From assembly GCA_964634365.1 (NCBI GenBank), contig CAZWJU010000003.1, positions 1 to 34,889 of the forward strand: DNA of 34,889 nt, given 5' to 3'. A program made the position numbers and the translations under genes. The notes below the pieces were generated by a model that saw nothing but the letters and a program-made list of their open reading frames with translations, did no database searches and had not been told where the DNA came from. The first letter of the stretch is position 1. Each line of letters begins with the position of its first letter. The stretch comes from an uncultured Candidatus Saccharibacteria bacterium. Its GTDB lineage: Bacteria > Patescibacteriota > Minisyncoccia > Phycocordibacterales > UBA9973. Below are positions 1 through 7,291 of this stretch, piece by piece.

Positions 1-572
<572 letters not shown>

Positions 573-903
573 GAAATCTAAAAACCACATACTCACTCGC
601 ATACTCTCTCCGGAATACGCGAGTGTTTTGAATTCATACTAAAACCAAAATCCAACCGCTTGGATAATATCAATATCTAGTATGAACTCGCTCTGTTTAC
701 GGCACGACTTAAAAGACCCCATGTCCTAGATAACCTAGAACAAAAAGATTGTATGCCGTAACAGAATTTAGTTTTCAATGAGTGGACAATCGGACAATTT
801 TTGACTAAAAAAACCGCCATTTGGCGGACCAAGCTAAAACAAAAGAGTTTTAGAATCCCCGCTTAGACTTTGTTTTGTTAGTTATATTCATAACAGTACA
901 GAG

Positions 904-932
904 AGTATATAGGATTGCAAAATATAAGTCAA
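904..932 (-). promoter_or_regulatory. putative sigma70-type promoter of the 23S transcript
   Basis: On the minus strand: TTGACT (927-932), a 17-nt spacer, then TATACT (904-909). It lies about 330 nt upstream of the mature 23S 5' end, and no gene sits between them. Confidence 0.45.
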
Positions 933-971
933 GCTTTTCACTGTAATATTTGAAAACTATCTAAATATAAT

Positions 972-997
972 AAAAGCCCTTAAAAATAAGGGCTTTT
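972..997. terminator. bidirectional stem-loop terminator
   Basis: AAAAGCCCTT / AAGGGCTTTT form a 10-bp stem with a 6-nt loop. A/T runs flank it on both sides. Confidence 0.6.
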
Positions 998-1111
998 TGA
1001 ACGATTTATTTATCGATATTTTCAATGAATTTACCGAGGCCGACATGCAGGCTTTTGAGGCCGGTTTTCATAGTTTCTTTCAAATCTTTGTATTACAAAC
1101 TTGATATGTTT

Positions 1112-1145
1112 TGTAAAAATTAAAACCCACATATTCGCGGGTTTG
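1112..1145 (-). terminator. intrinsic terminator after ORF 1151-1579
   Basis: The minus strand reads CAAACCCGCGAATATGTGGGTTTTAATTTTT, a stem followed by a U-tract, 6 nt after the stop codon. Confidence 0.55.
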
Positions 1146-1150
1146 TGATT

Positions 1151-1579
1151 TTAAAATAATGTAGCTTGGAATGCTACAGGCTCACTAGATTTTATCTTTC
1201 CAAGTCTTTTGTCTTCCCTCTTTTTTACCCGAGCAGTAGTCTTTTTTGTTTTCTCGGCATAAAATTTTTTGGGATTTATCATGGCTTGAAGCTCAGGAAT
1301 AGTTTCCCATATTTCATTGCCGATTTTTTTCAAAAATTTCACTTGTGAAAAACTTGGGCGATTTTCTTTTCTTGTTTCTTCGCAAGTCTCTTTGAAAAAT
1401 TTCCAGAGCTCGACTCTGTAAGTATCTTCATTTTTGATACTTTTCAAAACTCTCTTGCGGTGCTCAAATATTTCAAGCTTTATGGCGTTTGAGATATTTT
1501 CGTCTGTAGGATTTTGACGTAAGTATATGTAGTGCATATGAACTATATTTAAAATCAAAAATACCATAAATACATACAT
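1151..1579 (-). CDS. hypothetical protein (N-terminal hydrophobic segment, Lys/Glu-rich remainder)
   Basis: 142-aa ORF flanked by terminators on both sides. I recognise no family motif. Confidence 0.5.
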   Translation of the reverse strand: MYVFMVFLILNIVHMHYIYLRQNPTDENISNAIKLEIFEHRKRVLKSIKNEDTYRVELWKFFKETCEETRKENRPSFSQVKFLKKIGNEIWETIPELQAMINPKKFYAEKTKKTTARVKKREDKRLGKIKSSEPVAFQATLF

Positions 1580-1588
1580 TAGTCAAAA

Positions 1589-1617
1589 CAAAAAACTCCC
1601 CAGAAGGGAGTTTTTTG
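1589..1617. terminator. bidirectional intrinsic terminator
   Basis: AAAAAACTCCC-CAGAA-GGGAGTTTTTT, directly after the stop of ORF 1630-1950. Confidence 0.7.
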
Positions 1618-1629
1618 TTTTGTGAAATA

Positions 1630-1950
1630 TTATTCTAACCCTGCGTCTAGTGAATCAAAATCAATTGAATTGAAATCTTCTTCAATACTTCCAAGATCAT
1701 CGTCGGTACTTACTATCTCTTCTATTTCGCCAGTAGAATCTGTACCGACTTCAACTGTTGAAACATCCATACTTTCTTGTAAACCACCTTTACTTGATAC
1801 AAAGAAGTAAGCAACCAATGCAACCAATATTACAATTAACAAAATAATTATATTTCTTTTTGAGTGACCAGATGTTTCAGGAGCCTGATTGTTCATCTGA
1901 TTCATAGAGCCCATAGGATTCATGTTTGTTGATTCGTTTGAATTTTCCAT
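1630..1950 (-). CDS. small single-pass membrane protein with acidic C-terminal tail
   Basis: 106-aa ORF with one clear TM helix (IIILLIVILVALVAYFFV) and a D/E/S-rich tail. It lies co-directionally 24 nt downstream of the acidic secreted protein gene. Confidence 0.55.
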   Translation of the reverse strand: MENSNESTNMNPMGSMNQMNNQAPETSGHSKRNIIILLIVILVALVAYFFVSSKGGLQESMDVSTVEVGTDSTGEIEEIVSTDDDLGSIEEDFNSIDFDSLDAGLE

Positions 1951-1974
1951 TTTTAAATTTGATTAAATTATTAA

Positions 1975-2805
1975 TTAACTATTTGTTGAATCGTCATCAG
2001 AATCATCAGTTTCTGCTGGGGAAAAACTTTCTTTCATAGACTCGATAACCATTTTTATTGCATCTCGAGCAGCACCGACAGCTGTCTTAACTTCTTCTGC
2101 TGCAGCTTTCACTTCTTCTTTAGTAGCAGTCTCACTTTCAATCAAAGCTTTGTTTTCTGATACTGCTGTGTGAACAGCATCTACTGCAACCTTAGCTTCG
2201 TCGAGCAAAGCTCTTTGAGCATAAACATCTCTTCCAGAATCTTCGATCTTTGTTAGGCGTTCATCTAGACGAACTATAAAGTTATCTAGATTCTTTCCGG
2301 CAATTTCAAGTCTATTACCTACATGCTTTCGAATCTCTGAAACAGTACTTCCCAAACTACCTGGTCCACTGTTTTCTTTAAATTTATCTAAGATACTTTC
2401 TTTCTCACTCATTTTTCTCAAGAAAGGATTTACTGCTGGTCTATCTTCTCTATCCATAAAACGATCTTGCAATTTTGGTCTTAGACCACCTTTATCATCG
2501 TTTGAATCATCATCTCCGTCTACACCTGAATCATCTGACTCATTTGAATCGTCTGAATCGTCATTTGAATCATCGTTTGAATCATCATCGTTCGCATCGT
2601 CATTTGAATCACTAGAATCATCACTACTATCGTCATTTGAATCTGAATCGTCGTCTGATTCTGATCCTGAATTATCATCTGATTCTTCTACTTCCTCAGA
2701 ATCACCACTGTCTCCACTTCCTGACTCAGCTCTCACTTGCGAATTTACTCCAAAAAATCCTAGTACTAAGGCTAAAAATATAGCCAATAAATATTTCTTT
2801 TTCAT
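1975..2805 (-). CDS. secreted, extremely acidic Asp/Ser/Asn-rich protein with helical C-terminal half
   Basis: Signal peptide MKKKYLLAIFLALVLGFFGVNSQVRA, then about 90 aa of (D/S/N/E) low complexity, then an alpha-helical-looking region. Confidence 0.75.
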   Translation of the reverse strand: MKKKYLLAIFLALVLGFFGVNSQVRAESGSGDSGDSEEVEESDDNSGSESDDDSDSNDDSSDDSSDSNDDANDDDSNDDSNDDSDDSNESDDSGVDGDDDSNDDKGGLRPKLQDRFMDREDRPAVNPFLRKMSEKESILDKFKENSGPGSLGSTVSEIRKHVGNRLEIAGKNLDNFIVRLDERLTKIEDSGRDVYAQRALLDEAKVAVDAVHTAVSENKALIESETATKEEVKAAAEEVKTAVGAARDAIKMVIESMKESFSPAETDDSDDDSTNS

Positions 2806-2920
2806 AGATTTAATTTTGTTTAATTTATTTATAAATTTATGTAATCACTAAAAAACGACAAGTGTGACTACGAAATACATTATAACCCTTATTTATACAA
2901 AATAAGCACCTAACCTGTGC

Positions 2921-2949
2921 AAAACAAAAAACCCTCGCTTGCGCGAAGG
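2921..2949 (-). terminator. intrinsic terminator after ORF 2974-3660
   Basis: The minus strand reads CCUUCGC-GCAA-GCGAGGG, a GNRA-closed stem with one G-U pair, followed by UUUUUUGUUUU. Confidence 0.6.
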
Positions 2950-2973
2950 TTTCCTGTCGAGATGATCGAACTT

Positions 2974-3660
2974 TTAGCGATGTGATGTCTCTGAACGAAT
3001 TTTCTCGATTGTACGAGATGCAGCCTCTTTTCCTCCAAGACCGAAAGCAAGTCCACCTGCGATAGCAAGCATTGCGATAAGTCCTGTAAATAGAATTTGC
3101 ATGAATTGTGCTGCGATACCAAGCTCTGATAGAGCGATGATAAGAGCGAAAATCCAAATTGCGTATTTTGTAATTGTACCTAGCAAGTTTGCTGAGTGTA
3201 CATTTGCTGCACGAGCTGAACCTTCTACAACTTTTCTCATTGCATCAGCAATAATTGTAGCAACAACTAGAACAAGTGAAGCAATAATAACGTTTGGAAG
3301 GTAGTTCAAAACAACTTCACGTAGGAAATCATTTACTTGTGTTAGACCAATAACTTCTAGTGAAGTCATTAGGAAAACAACAATAACAAACCACTTTACC
3401 AAACCACCCAAGAAACCGCCGACGTTTAATTTGAATCCAGCGCGTGAAAGTACTTCTTCTGCACCTGCACTTTTGAAAAGAGAATCAATTTTTAGAGCAC
3501 TGATAACTTGCTCGATTGCCTTTCCAACAACTGAACCAACTACCCATCCGACTATGAAAACTATAATCGCTACTATAAGATTCGGAACAAAGTTGATGAA
3601 GCCCCACCATAGATTTTGTAGTGATGCACCAAATACTTCTCCCCAAGTTTGTATAAACAT
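2974..3660 (-). CDS. polytopic membrane protein, conserved-TM-helix-repeat / MscS-N-terminal-like family
   Basis: 228 aa with two similar halves, each having long hydrophobic helices separated by short amphipathic linkers (LKIDSLF..., ANLLGTITKY...). The family assignment is from memory of such proteins, not from a search. Confidence 0.6.
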   Translation of the reverse strand: MFIQTWGEVFGASLQNLWWGFINFVPNLIVAIIVFIVGWVVGSVVGKAIEQVISALKIDSLFKSAGAEEVLSRAGFKLNVGGFLGGLVKWFVIVVFLMTSLEVIGLTQVNDFLREVVLNYLPNVIIASLVLVVATIIADAMRKVVEGSARAANVHSANLLGTITKYAIWIFALIIALSELGIAAQFMQILFTGLIAMLAIAGGLAFGLGGKEAASRTIEKIRSETSHR

Positions 3661-3671
3661 ACTTTAATATA

Positions 3672-3724
3672 CCGCTCATCCGCGCAATTGCGTGAGCGGA
3701 GAACGCTTTACCGCAAGCGGTAAA
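3672..3724 (-). promoter_or_regulatory. two GC-rich stem-loops in the 5' leader of ORF 2974-3660
   Basis: Hairpin 1 is CCGCTCA..(CGC-AATT-GCG)..TGAGCGG at 3672-3699. Hairpin 2 is TTTACCG-CAAG-CGGTAAA at 3707-3724. Both lie within 65 nt of the start codon in an otherwise AT-rich spacer. Confidence 0.35.
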
Positions 3725-3833
3725 ATGTTACTAATAAATACATACCTTTTAAGTTCGACCTTTCAAAGTATGCTTATATTATAGACCTATAGAGGGCTAA
3801 TGAAAAGACTAGTGTGGATAACTAAAAAGCCTC

Positions 3834-4460
3834 TTAAACAGAGACTTTTCCTGAGAGTGTTGGTAGTTTTACTAGTGTTTCGTGAGGATAATCCAAAACA
3901 TCACAGACAAGCTTGTCATACATATCGAGTCTGTATGTAAATTCAGGAGTCTCAAATACAGCATATGAAAGCTCTCTTCCGAGTTCTGCTTCCAAATTTC
4001 TGATTGATGACTCTATAATATTTCTCTTTAAGTTATCTCCGACTATCATTAGATCCAATCTGCTTTCCTCGTCTTTTGTAAATATTCCTGCAACAATAAA
4101 GAGTTTTATCCTGCCTGCCTTCTTGAATCTTTTCATTATATCTTCACGATTCATCGAACAAGAATCCACCAACAAATTTTGTAAAGAAACCAAGTAGGGA
4201 TAATTTTCATTTAAAAACCAACCACTTGTTCTTTTTTTCTTTGAAATACCTTTAGAATTTTTAAATTCTTTTACAAATGATCTCTTCTTTATAAAACCAG
4301 CGCTGGATAGTAGAGACAATTCTTTGCGAGCAGAGCTTGGGCTAATCTTGCTGCGCTTTATTATGTCTTTATTTTCAAAACCCGAGCGTCCATTCAGCAT
4401 AAAAAGACGCATTACTTTTATACGAGCAGAGCTTCCAAATAGTTTTCCGAGAGTTTCCAT
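3834..4460 (-). CDS. putative winged-helix transcriptional regulator with C-terminal nucleotidyltransferase-like domain
   Basis: The N-terminus (ARIKVMRLFMLN...FENKDIIKRSKISPSSARKELSLLSSAGFIKK) looks like an ArsR/MarR-type wHTH. The C-half contains LFIVAGIF..ESRLDLMIVGD, reminiscent of minimal nucleotidyltransferase folds. Confidence 0.45.
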   Translation of the reverse strand: METLGKLFGSSARIKVMRLFMLNGRSGFENKDIIKRSKISPSSARKELSLLSSAGFIKKRSFVKEFKNSKGISKKKRTSGWFLNENYPYLVSLQNLLVDSCSMNREDIMKRFKKAGRIKLFIVAGIFTKDEESRLDLMIVGDNLKRNIIESSIRNLEAELGRELSYAVFETPEFTYRLDMYDKLVCDVLDYPHETLVKLPTLSGKVSV

Positions 4461-4502
4461 GGAGAGAGTATACGCCTAAAAAAAATGTGTTGCAAGTATA
4501 GT

Positions 4503-4526
4503 AAAACGCCCATTTTTGGGCGTTTT
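4503..4526. terminator. bidirectional intrinsic terminator
   Basis: AAAACGCCCA-TTTT-TGGGCGTTTT, 4 nt after the stop of ORF 4530-5126. Confidence 0.7.
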
Positions 4527-4529
4527 TAT

Positions 4530-5126
4530 TCATAAAACTTTGTGGGTATTAACCACCAAGGATTCTCTGTGTATACCAGACATGCTCACATATTTACCAA
4601 CAGCAATCTCTGCCCTGGCACACAAAATTTGTATATATTTTTCTGCTTCTGGCTCACCCACCTTAAGCCAATCCAATAAATTTTCCCTACGATTAGATTC
4701 GCATATTACAATACGACCACCTTTAACCGCAGAACGGACCATCGTCGGACCACCGATGTCAGTTTTTTCTACAACCTCTTTAAAAGAAGCTCCCGATCTA
4801 ATAGTCTCGTAGAGCGGGTAAAAATCTACACACAAAAGATCGATCCAAGGAAACTTATACTTTTCAAGTTCAGCTCTGTGTTCTTGGGTATCTTCAGCCA
4901 ACAGGCCGGCATGGACCGCTGGATGTAGTGTTACAACACGATGATTAAGAATCGGAGGCATGCCCGTGATATGAGCGACATCGATTACTTGTACACCGTT
5001 TTCAATAAGTTTCTTTGCGGTTCCACCAGAAGATATGATGTTGAAGTTGAGCTCTATGAGCTCTTTTGCAAAGTCTACAATACCATCTTTGTTGTAGACA
5101 GAAATAAGTGCATTACGTTTTTCCAT
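4530..5126 (-). CDS. purH: stand-alone IMP cyclohydrolase / MGS-like domain (PurH N-terminal domain only)
   Basis: ALISVYNKDGIVDFAKEL..IISSGGTAKKL..V..VAHITGMPPILNHRVVTLHPAVHAGLL..DIGGPTMVRSAVKG matches the hallmark strings of the PurH IMPCH domain. The ORF ends at 198 aa with no AICAR-transformylase domain. Confidence 0.8.
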   Translation of the reverse strand: MEKRNALISVYNKDGIVDFAKELIELNFNIISSGGTAKKLIENGVQVIDVAHITGMPPILNHRVVTLHPAVHAGLLAEDTQEHRAELEKYKFPWIDLLCVDFYPLYETIRSGASFKEVVEKTDIGGPTMVRSAVKGGRIVICESNRRENLLDWLKVGEPEAEKYIQILCARAEIAVGKYVSMSGIHRESLVVNTHKVL

Positions 5127-5172
5127 AAGCTAGTACATTTGAGTGTTTTATAACACAAGGTATACAAAAAAC

Positions 5173-5196
5173 AAAACCGCTTTTTAAAGCGGTTTT
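5173..5196. terminator. bidirectional intrinsic terminator
   Basis: AAAACCGCTT-TTTA-AAGCGGTTTT, between ORF 5211-5903 and the purH-like gene. Confidence 0.65.
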
Positions 5197-5210
5197 AAAT
5201 TTAAATTTAA

Positions 5211-5903
5211 TTATATTCTTTTGATATACCAATCTTCGGAATCTACAATTACGAAATTGATATCTCCTTCATCTCTTACAGGGACAAGATCGAAATTTCT
5301 TTTAAAAAGAGCTCTATTGTAAACACCAATCATATTAAGCTCATCACGGATACGGTCGTTATATAATGAATGCTCAAAGTTTATTGTCTCAGATGTTACG
5401 CTCAATATATTTGGAATGTACTCAAATATAACCCATCGTGCTCCCCTTTGACCTGATGATGAGCTAATATAAAAACCTACAGGCTTTTCAATAGGTAAAT
5501 CTCTATTGTATTTATTTTTGTATCTTCTAGATGCCTCCCTATTTGACAAAAGTTCATGTAGAGCTGAGAAGTTCGAAACCTGAAAACAAAAAATATCTCT
5601 CTCTTTAAGGTCTATTACGGAGTGCGGATACGAAACATCATTCAATAAAAAATTTGTATTTTTACCTTTAACTATAAACTCCCTATCGGATCCTCCTATT
5701 GATACGATAAATGTTTGTTTGGAACGACTTGTTTGACTATTTTTTGTATCAAAATCTTTTCGATATACCTCAAATGCTTTTATAACTTCATCCACATAAG
5801 AATAATCGCGAAATACACCTATGGTACCTTTTTCATCTTTATAAATCTTAAAACGAAGAAGGCTTTTTTTCTGTACTATCTTTTTTCTTCTGAAAAATAA
5901 CAT
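5211..5903 (-). CDS. hypothetical protein
   Basis: 230-aa ORF bounded by terminators. No recognisable motif. Confidence 0.55.
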   Translation of the reverse strand: MLFFRRKKIVQKKSLLRFKIYKDEKGTIGVFRDYSYVDEVIKAFEVYRKDFDTKNSQTSRSKQTFIVSIGGSDREFIVKGKNTNFLLNDVSYPHSVIDLKERDIFCFQVSNFSALHELLSNREASRRYKNKYNRDLPIEKPVGFYISSSSGQRGARWVIFEYIPNILSVTSETINFEHSLYNDRIRDELNMIGVYNRALFKRNFDLVPVRDEGDINFVIVDSEDWYIKRI

Positions 5904-5950
5904 GACAAAATTTTATTTATTATAAATAATTAATTAACTTTTGTCAAAAA

Positions 5951-5976
5951 GAAAAAGTCCCATTTGGGACTTTTTC
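5951..5976. terminator. intrinsic terminator ending the rplJL transcript
   Basis: AAAAAGTCCC-ATTT-GGGACTTTTT. It is the first convincing terminator after rplL, about 105 nt past the stop codon. Confidence 0.65.
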
Positions 5977-6080
5977 TTTTTGAGTGTTTTATTATTTTAG
6001 CTCTACTTTTCCTCCTGTCCTCTCTCGCCTCTTTTGAGGAGGCTCCTAGGAAGCCGGAAAAATAAATTGAATTAACTTCG

Positions 6081-6440
6081 TTATTTCAATTCTATTTTTC
6101 CTCCTGCTTCTTCGATAGCTTTCTTCAAAGCTTCTGCTTCTTCTTTCTTCATTCCCTCTTTTAGAGTTGCTGGAGCGTTGTCTACCATATCCTTAGCTTC
6201 CTTTAGACCAAGACCTAGAGCTTCTTTAACAACTTTCATAACTCCGATTTTACCTTCACCAGCACTTGCAAGTACTACTGTGAAAGAATCTTTTTCTTCT
6301 GCTGCGCCTGCGCCAGCACCTGCACTAGGAGCTGCTGCAACAGCAGCTGCTGAAACTCCGAACTTTTCTTCAATTGCCTTTACAAGGTCATTGAGTTCAA
6401 GTACAGACATTTTTTCAATTTTTTCGATTATGTCGTTCAT
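6081..6440 (-). CDS. rplL: 50S ribosomal protein L7/L12
   Basis: N-terminal dimerisation helix ([26 protein letters not shown]), an Ala/Gly hinge, and a C-terminal domain [24 protein letters not shown]...[19 protein letters not shown]. Confidence 0.97.
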   Translation of the reverse strand: MNDIIEKIEKMSVLELNDLVKAIEEKFGVSAAAVAAAPSAGAGAGAAEEKDSFTVVLASAGEGKIGVMKVVKEALGLGLKEAKDMVDNAPATLKEGMKKEEAEALKKAIEEAGGKIELK

Positions 6441-6454
6441 ATAATTTTTTTTAA

Positions 6455-6943
6455 TTAACTTTTAATTTTCGCAACTTCATTTACTGCGATAGCAATACGT
6501 TGCATTGGTGATTTCAATAGATATGCAAGTTGTGACAGAAGTGTTTCTCGAGAAGGAATAGTTGCAAAGAGAGACATTTCTTCTTTTGTTTTGTAAACAC
6601 CTTCAAATACACCACCAACAATTTCTACGTTATCTTTGTGTGTTGTGTGGAAGTTGTAAACTTCGCGTGCTGGAGCCAAAGAATCAACTCCGTATGCGAT
6701 AGCTACTTCACCTGGTAGTTCTGGCATATCACCAGTTATACCCTTCTCACCCAAAACTCTTTTCATAAGAGTTTTCTTGATAACTTTGTAGCCTACATTT
6801 TCTTTTTGAAAACCTCTTCGCATACTGTTTACATCAGCAACAGTTAGCTTGTTGAATTTTACAAAAACTAAAGACTTTGCATCTTTTATAAGATCAGTAA
6901 ACTCTTTTGTTATCTCTTGTTTTTTTTGTTTTGTAATTGCCAT
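6455..6943 (-). CDS. rplJ: 50S ribosomal protein L10
   Basis: 162 aa immediately upstream of rplL with L10-like strings ([23 protein letters not shown]...[14 protein letters not shown]). Confidence 0.92.
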   Translation of the reverse strand: MAITKQKKQEITKEFTDLIKDAKSLVFVKFNKLTVADVNSMRRGFQKENVGYKVIKKTLMKRVLGEKGITGDMPELPGEVAIAYGVDSLAPAREVYNFHTTHKDNVEIVGGVFEGVYKTKEEMSLFATIPSRETLLSQLAYLLKSPMQRIAIAVNEVAKIKS

Positions 6944-7110
6944 ATATGTTTTATCCTAAAATAAAAAATCGACCCATCTTGGGCCATAGTATAAATGCGT
7001 ACATAAAATATTATGTATTCATCCTCGGCAGGCAAAACAAGTATTCTTGTTCAAATTGAGGCTTCCGCCACCCACTTTCTACGGCTTACAGATACGATAA
7101 TACCAACTAA
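6944..7110 (-). promoter_or_regulatory. structured rplJ leader with a terminator-like attenuator hairpin (possible L10-leader type autoregulation)
   Basis: The minus strand carries GGCCCA-AGA-UGGGUC + GAUUUUUUAUUUU (6957-6985), about 14 nt upstream of the rplJ AUG. Further 5' are GC-richer stems: AACAAG-AAUA-CUUGUU and AUACAUAA..UUAUGUAC. Confidence 0.4.
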
Positions 7111-7128
7111 AAAACAATAAGTCAAACA

Positions 7129-7266
7129 CTATAAATCATATAGAGATGCGCCTTGATATCCTGTCTTTGATTTCTCATACTGATTTGCAATAAATATACC
7201 TAAAAAACCTAGGAGTATCATACCTATTAGAGCGAGCAACATTCTAAAAAAATGACGAGAAAACAT
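7129..7266 (-). CDS. possible 45-aa single-TM micro-protein
   Basis: Read by hand; it is below the ORF-track cutoff. Sequence: MFSRHFFRMLLALIGMILLGFLGIFIANQYEKSKTGYQGASLYDL. It starts 25 nt downstream of the HlyD-like gene on the same strand. Confidence 0.3.
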   Translation of the reverse strand: MFSRHFFRMLLALIGMILLGFLGIFIANQYEKSKTGYQGASLYDL

Positions 7267-7291
7267 ATGAAAAATTATAAAATAATAAATA

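Noticed and set aside
573-900. Looked for 16S-23S spacer tRNAs (Ile/Ala) or a 16S 3' end upstream of the 23S
   Set aside because: There is no GGTTCGA-type T-arm or acceptor-stem pattern on either strand, only a leader hairpin and a promoter-like element. A covariance-model scan would be needed for certainty.
2510-2700. Short repeated units that could suggest a CRISPR array or a non-coding tandem repeat
   Set aside because: The units are ~9-12 nt, degenerate, without spacers, and in-frame within a signal-peptide-bearing ORF. This is coding low complexity. No CRISPR array is visible anywhere in the window.
2837-3157. Minus-strand ORFs 2837-3157 and 2910-3122
   Set aside because: They overlap the 3' end of the well-supported membrane-protein gene 2974-3660 in other frames, and they run through its terminator. 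Their composition is Arg/Cys/Ser-rich, typical of out-of-frame translation.
6178-6444. Plus-strand ORF antisense to rplL; similar antisense ORFs occur throughout (for example 3101-3304, 4516-4812, 7296-7577, 12070-12342, 14342-14632, 19449-19763, 24979-25353, 27330-27677, 28287-28529, 30103-30372)
   Set aside because: Each is fully nested opposite a gene with strong family motifs and has low-complexity shadow composition. None has independent support.
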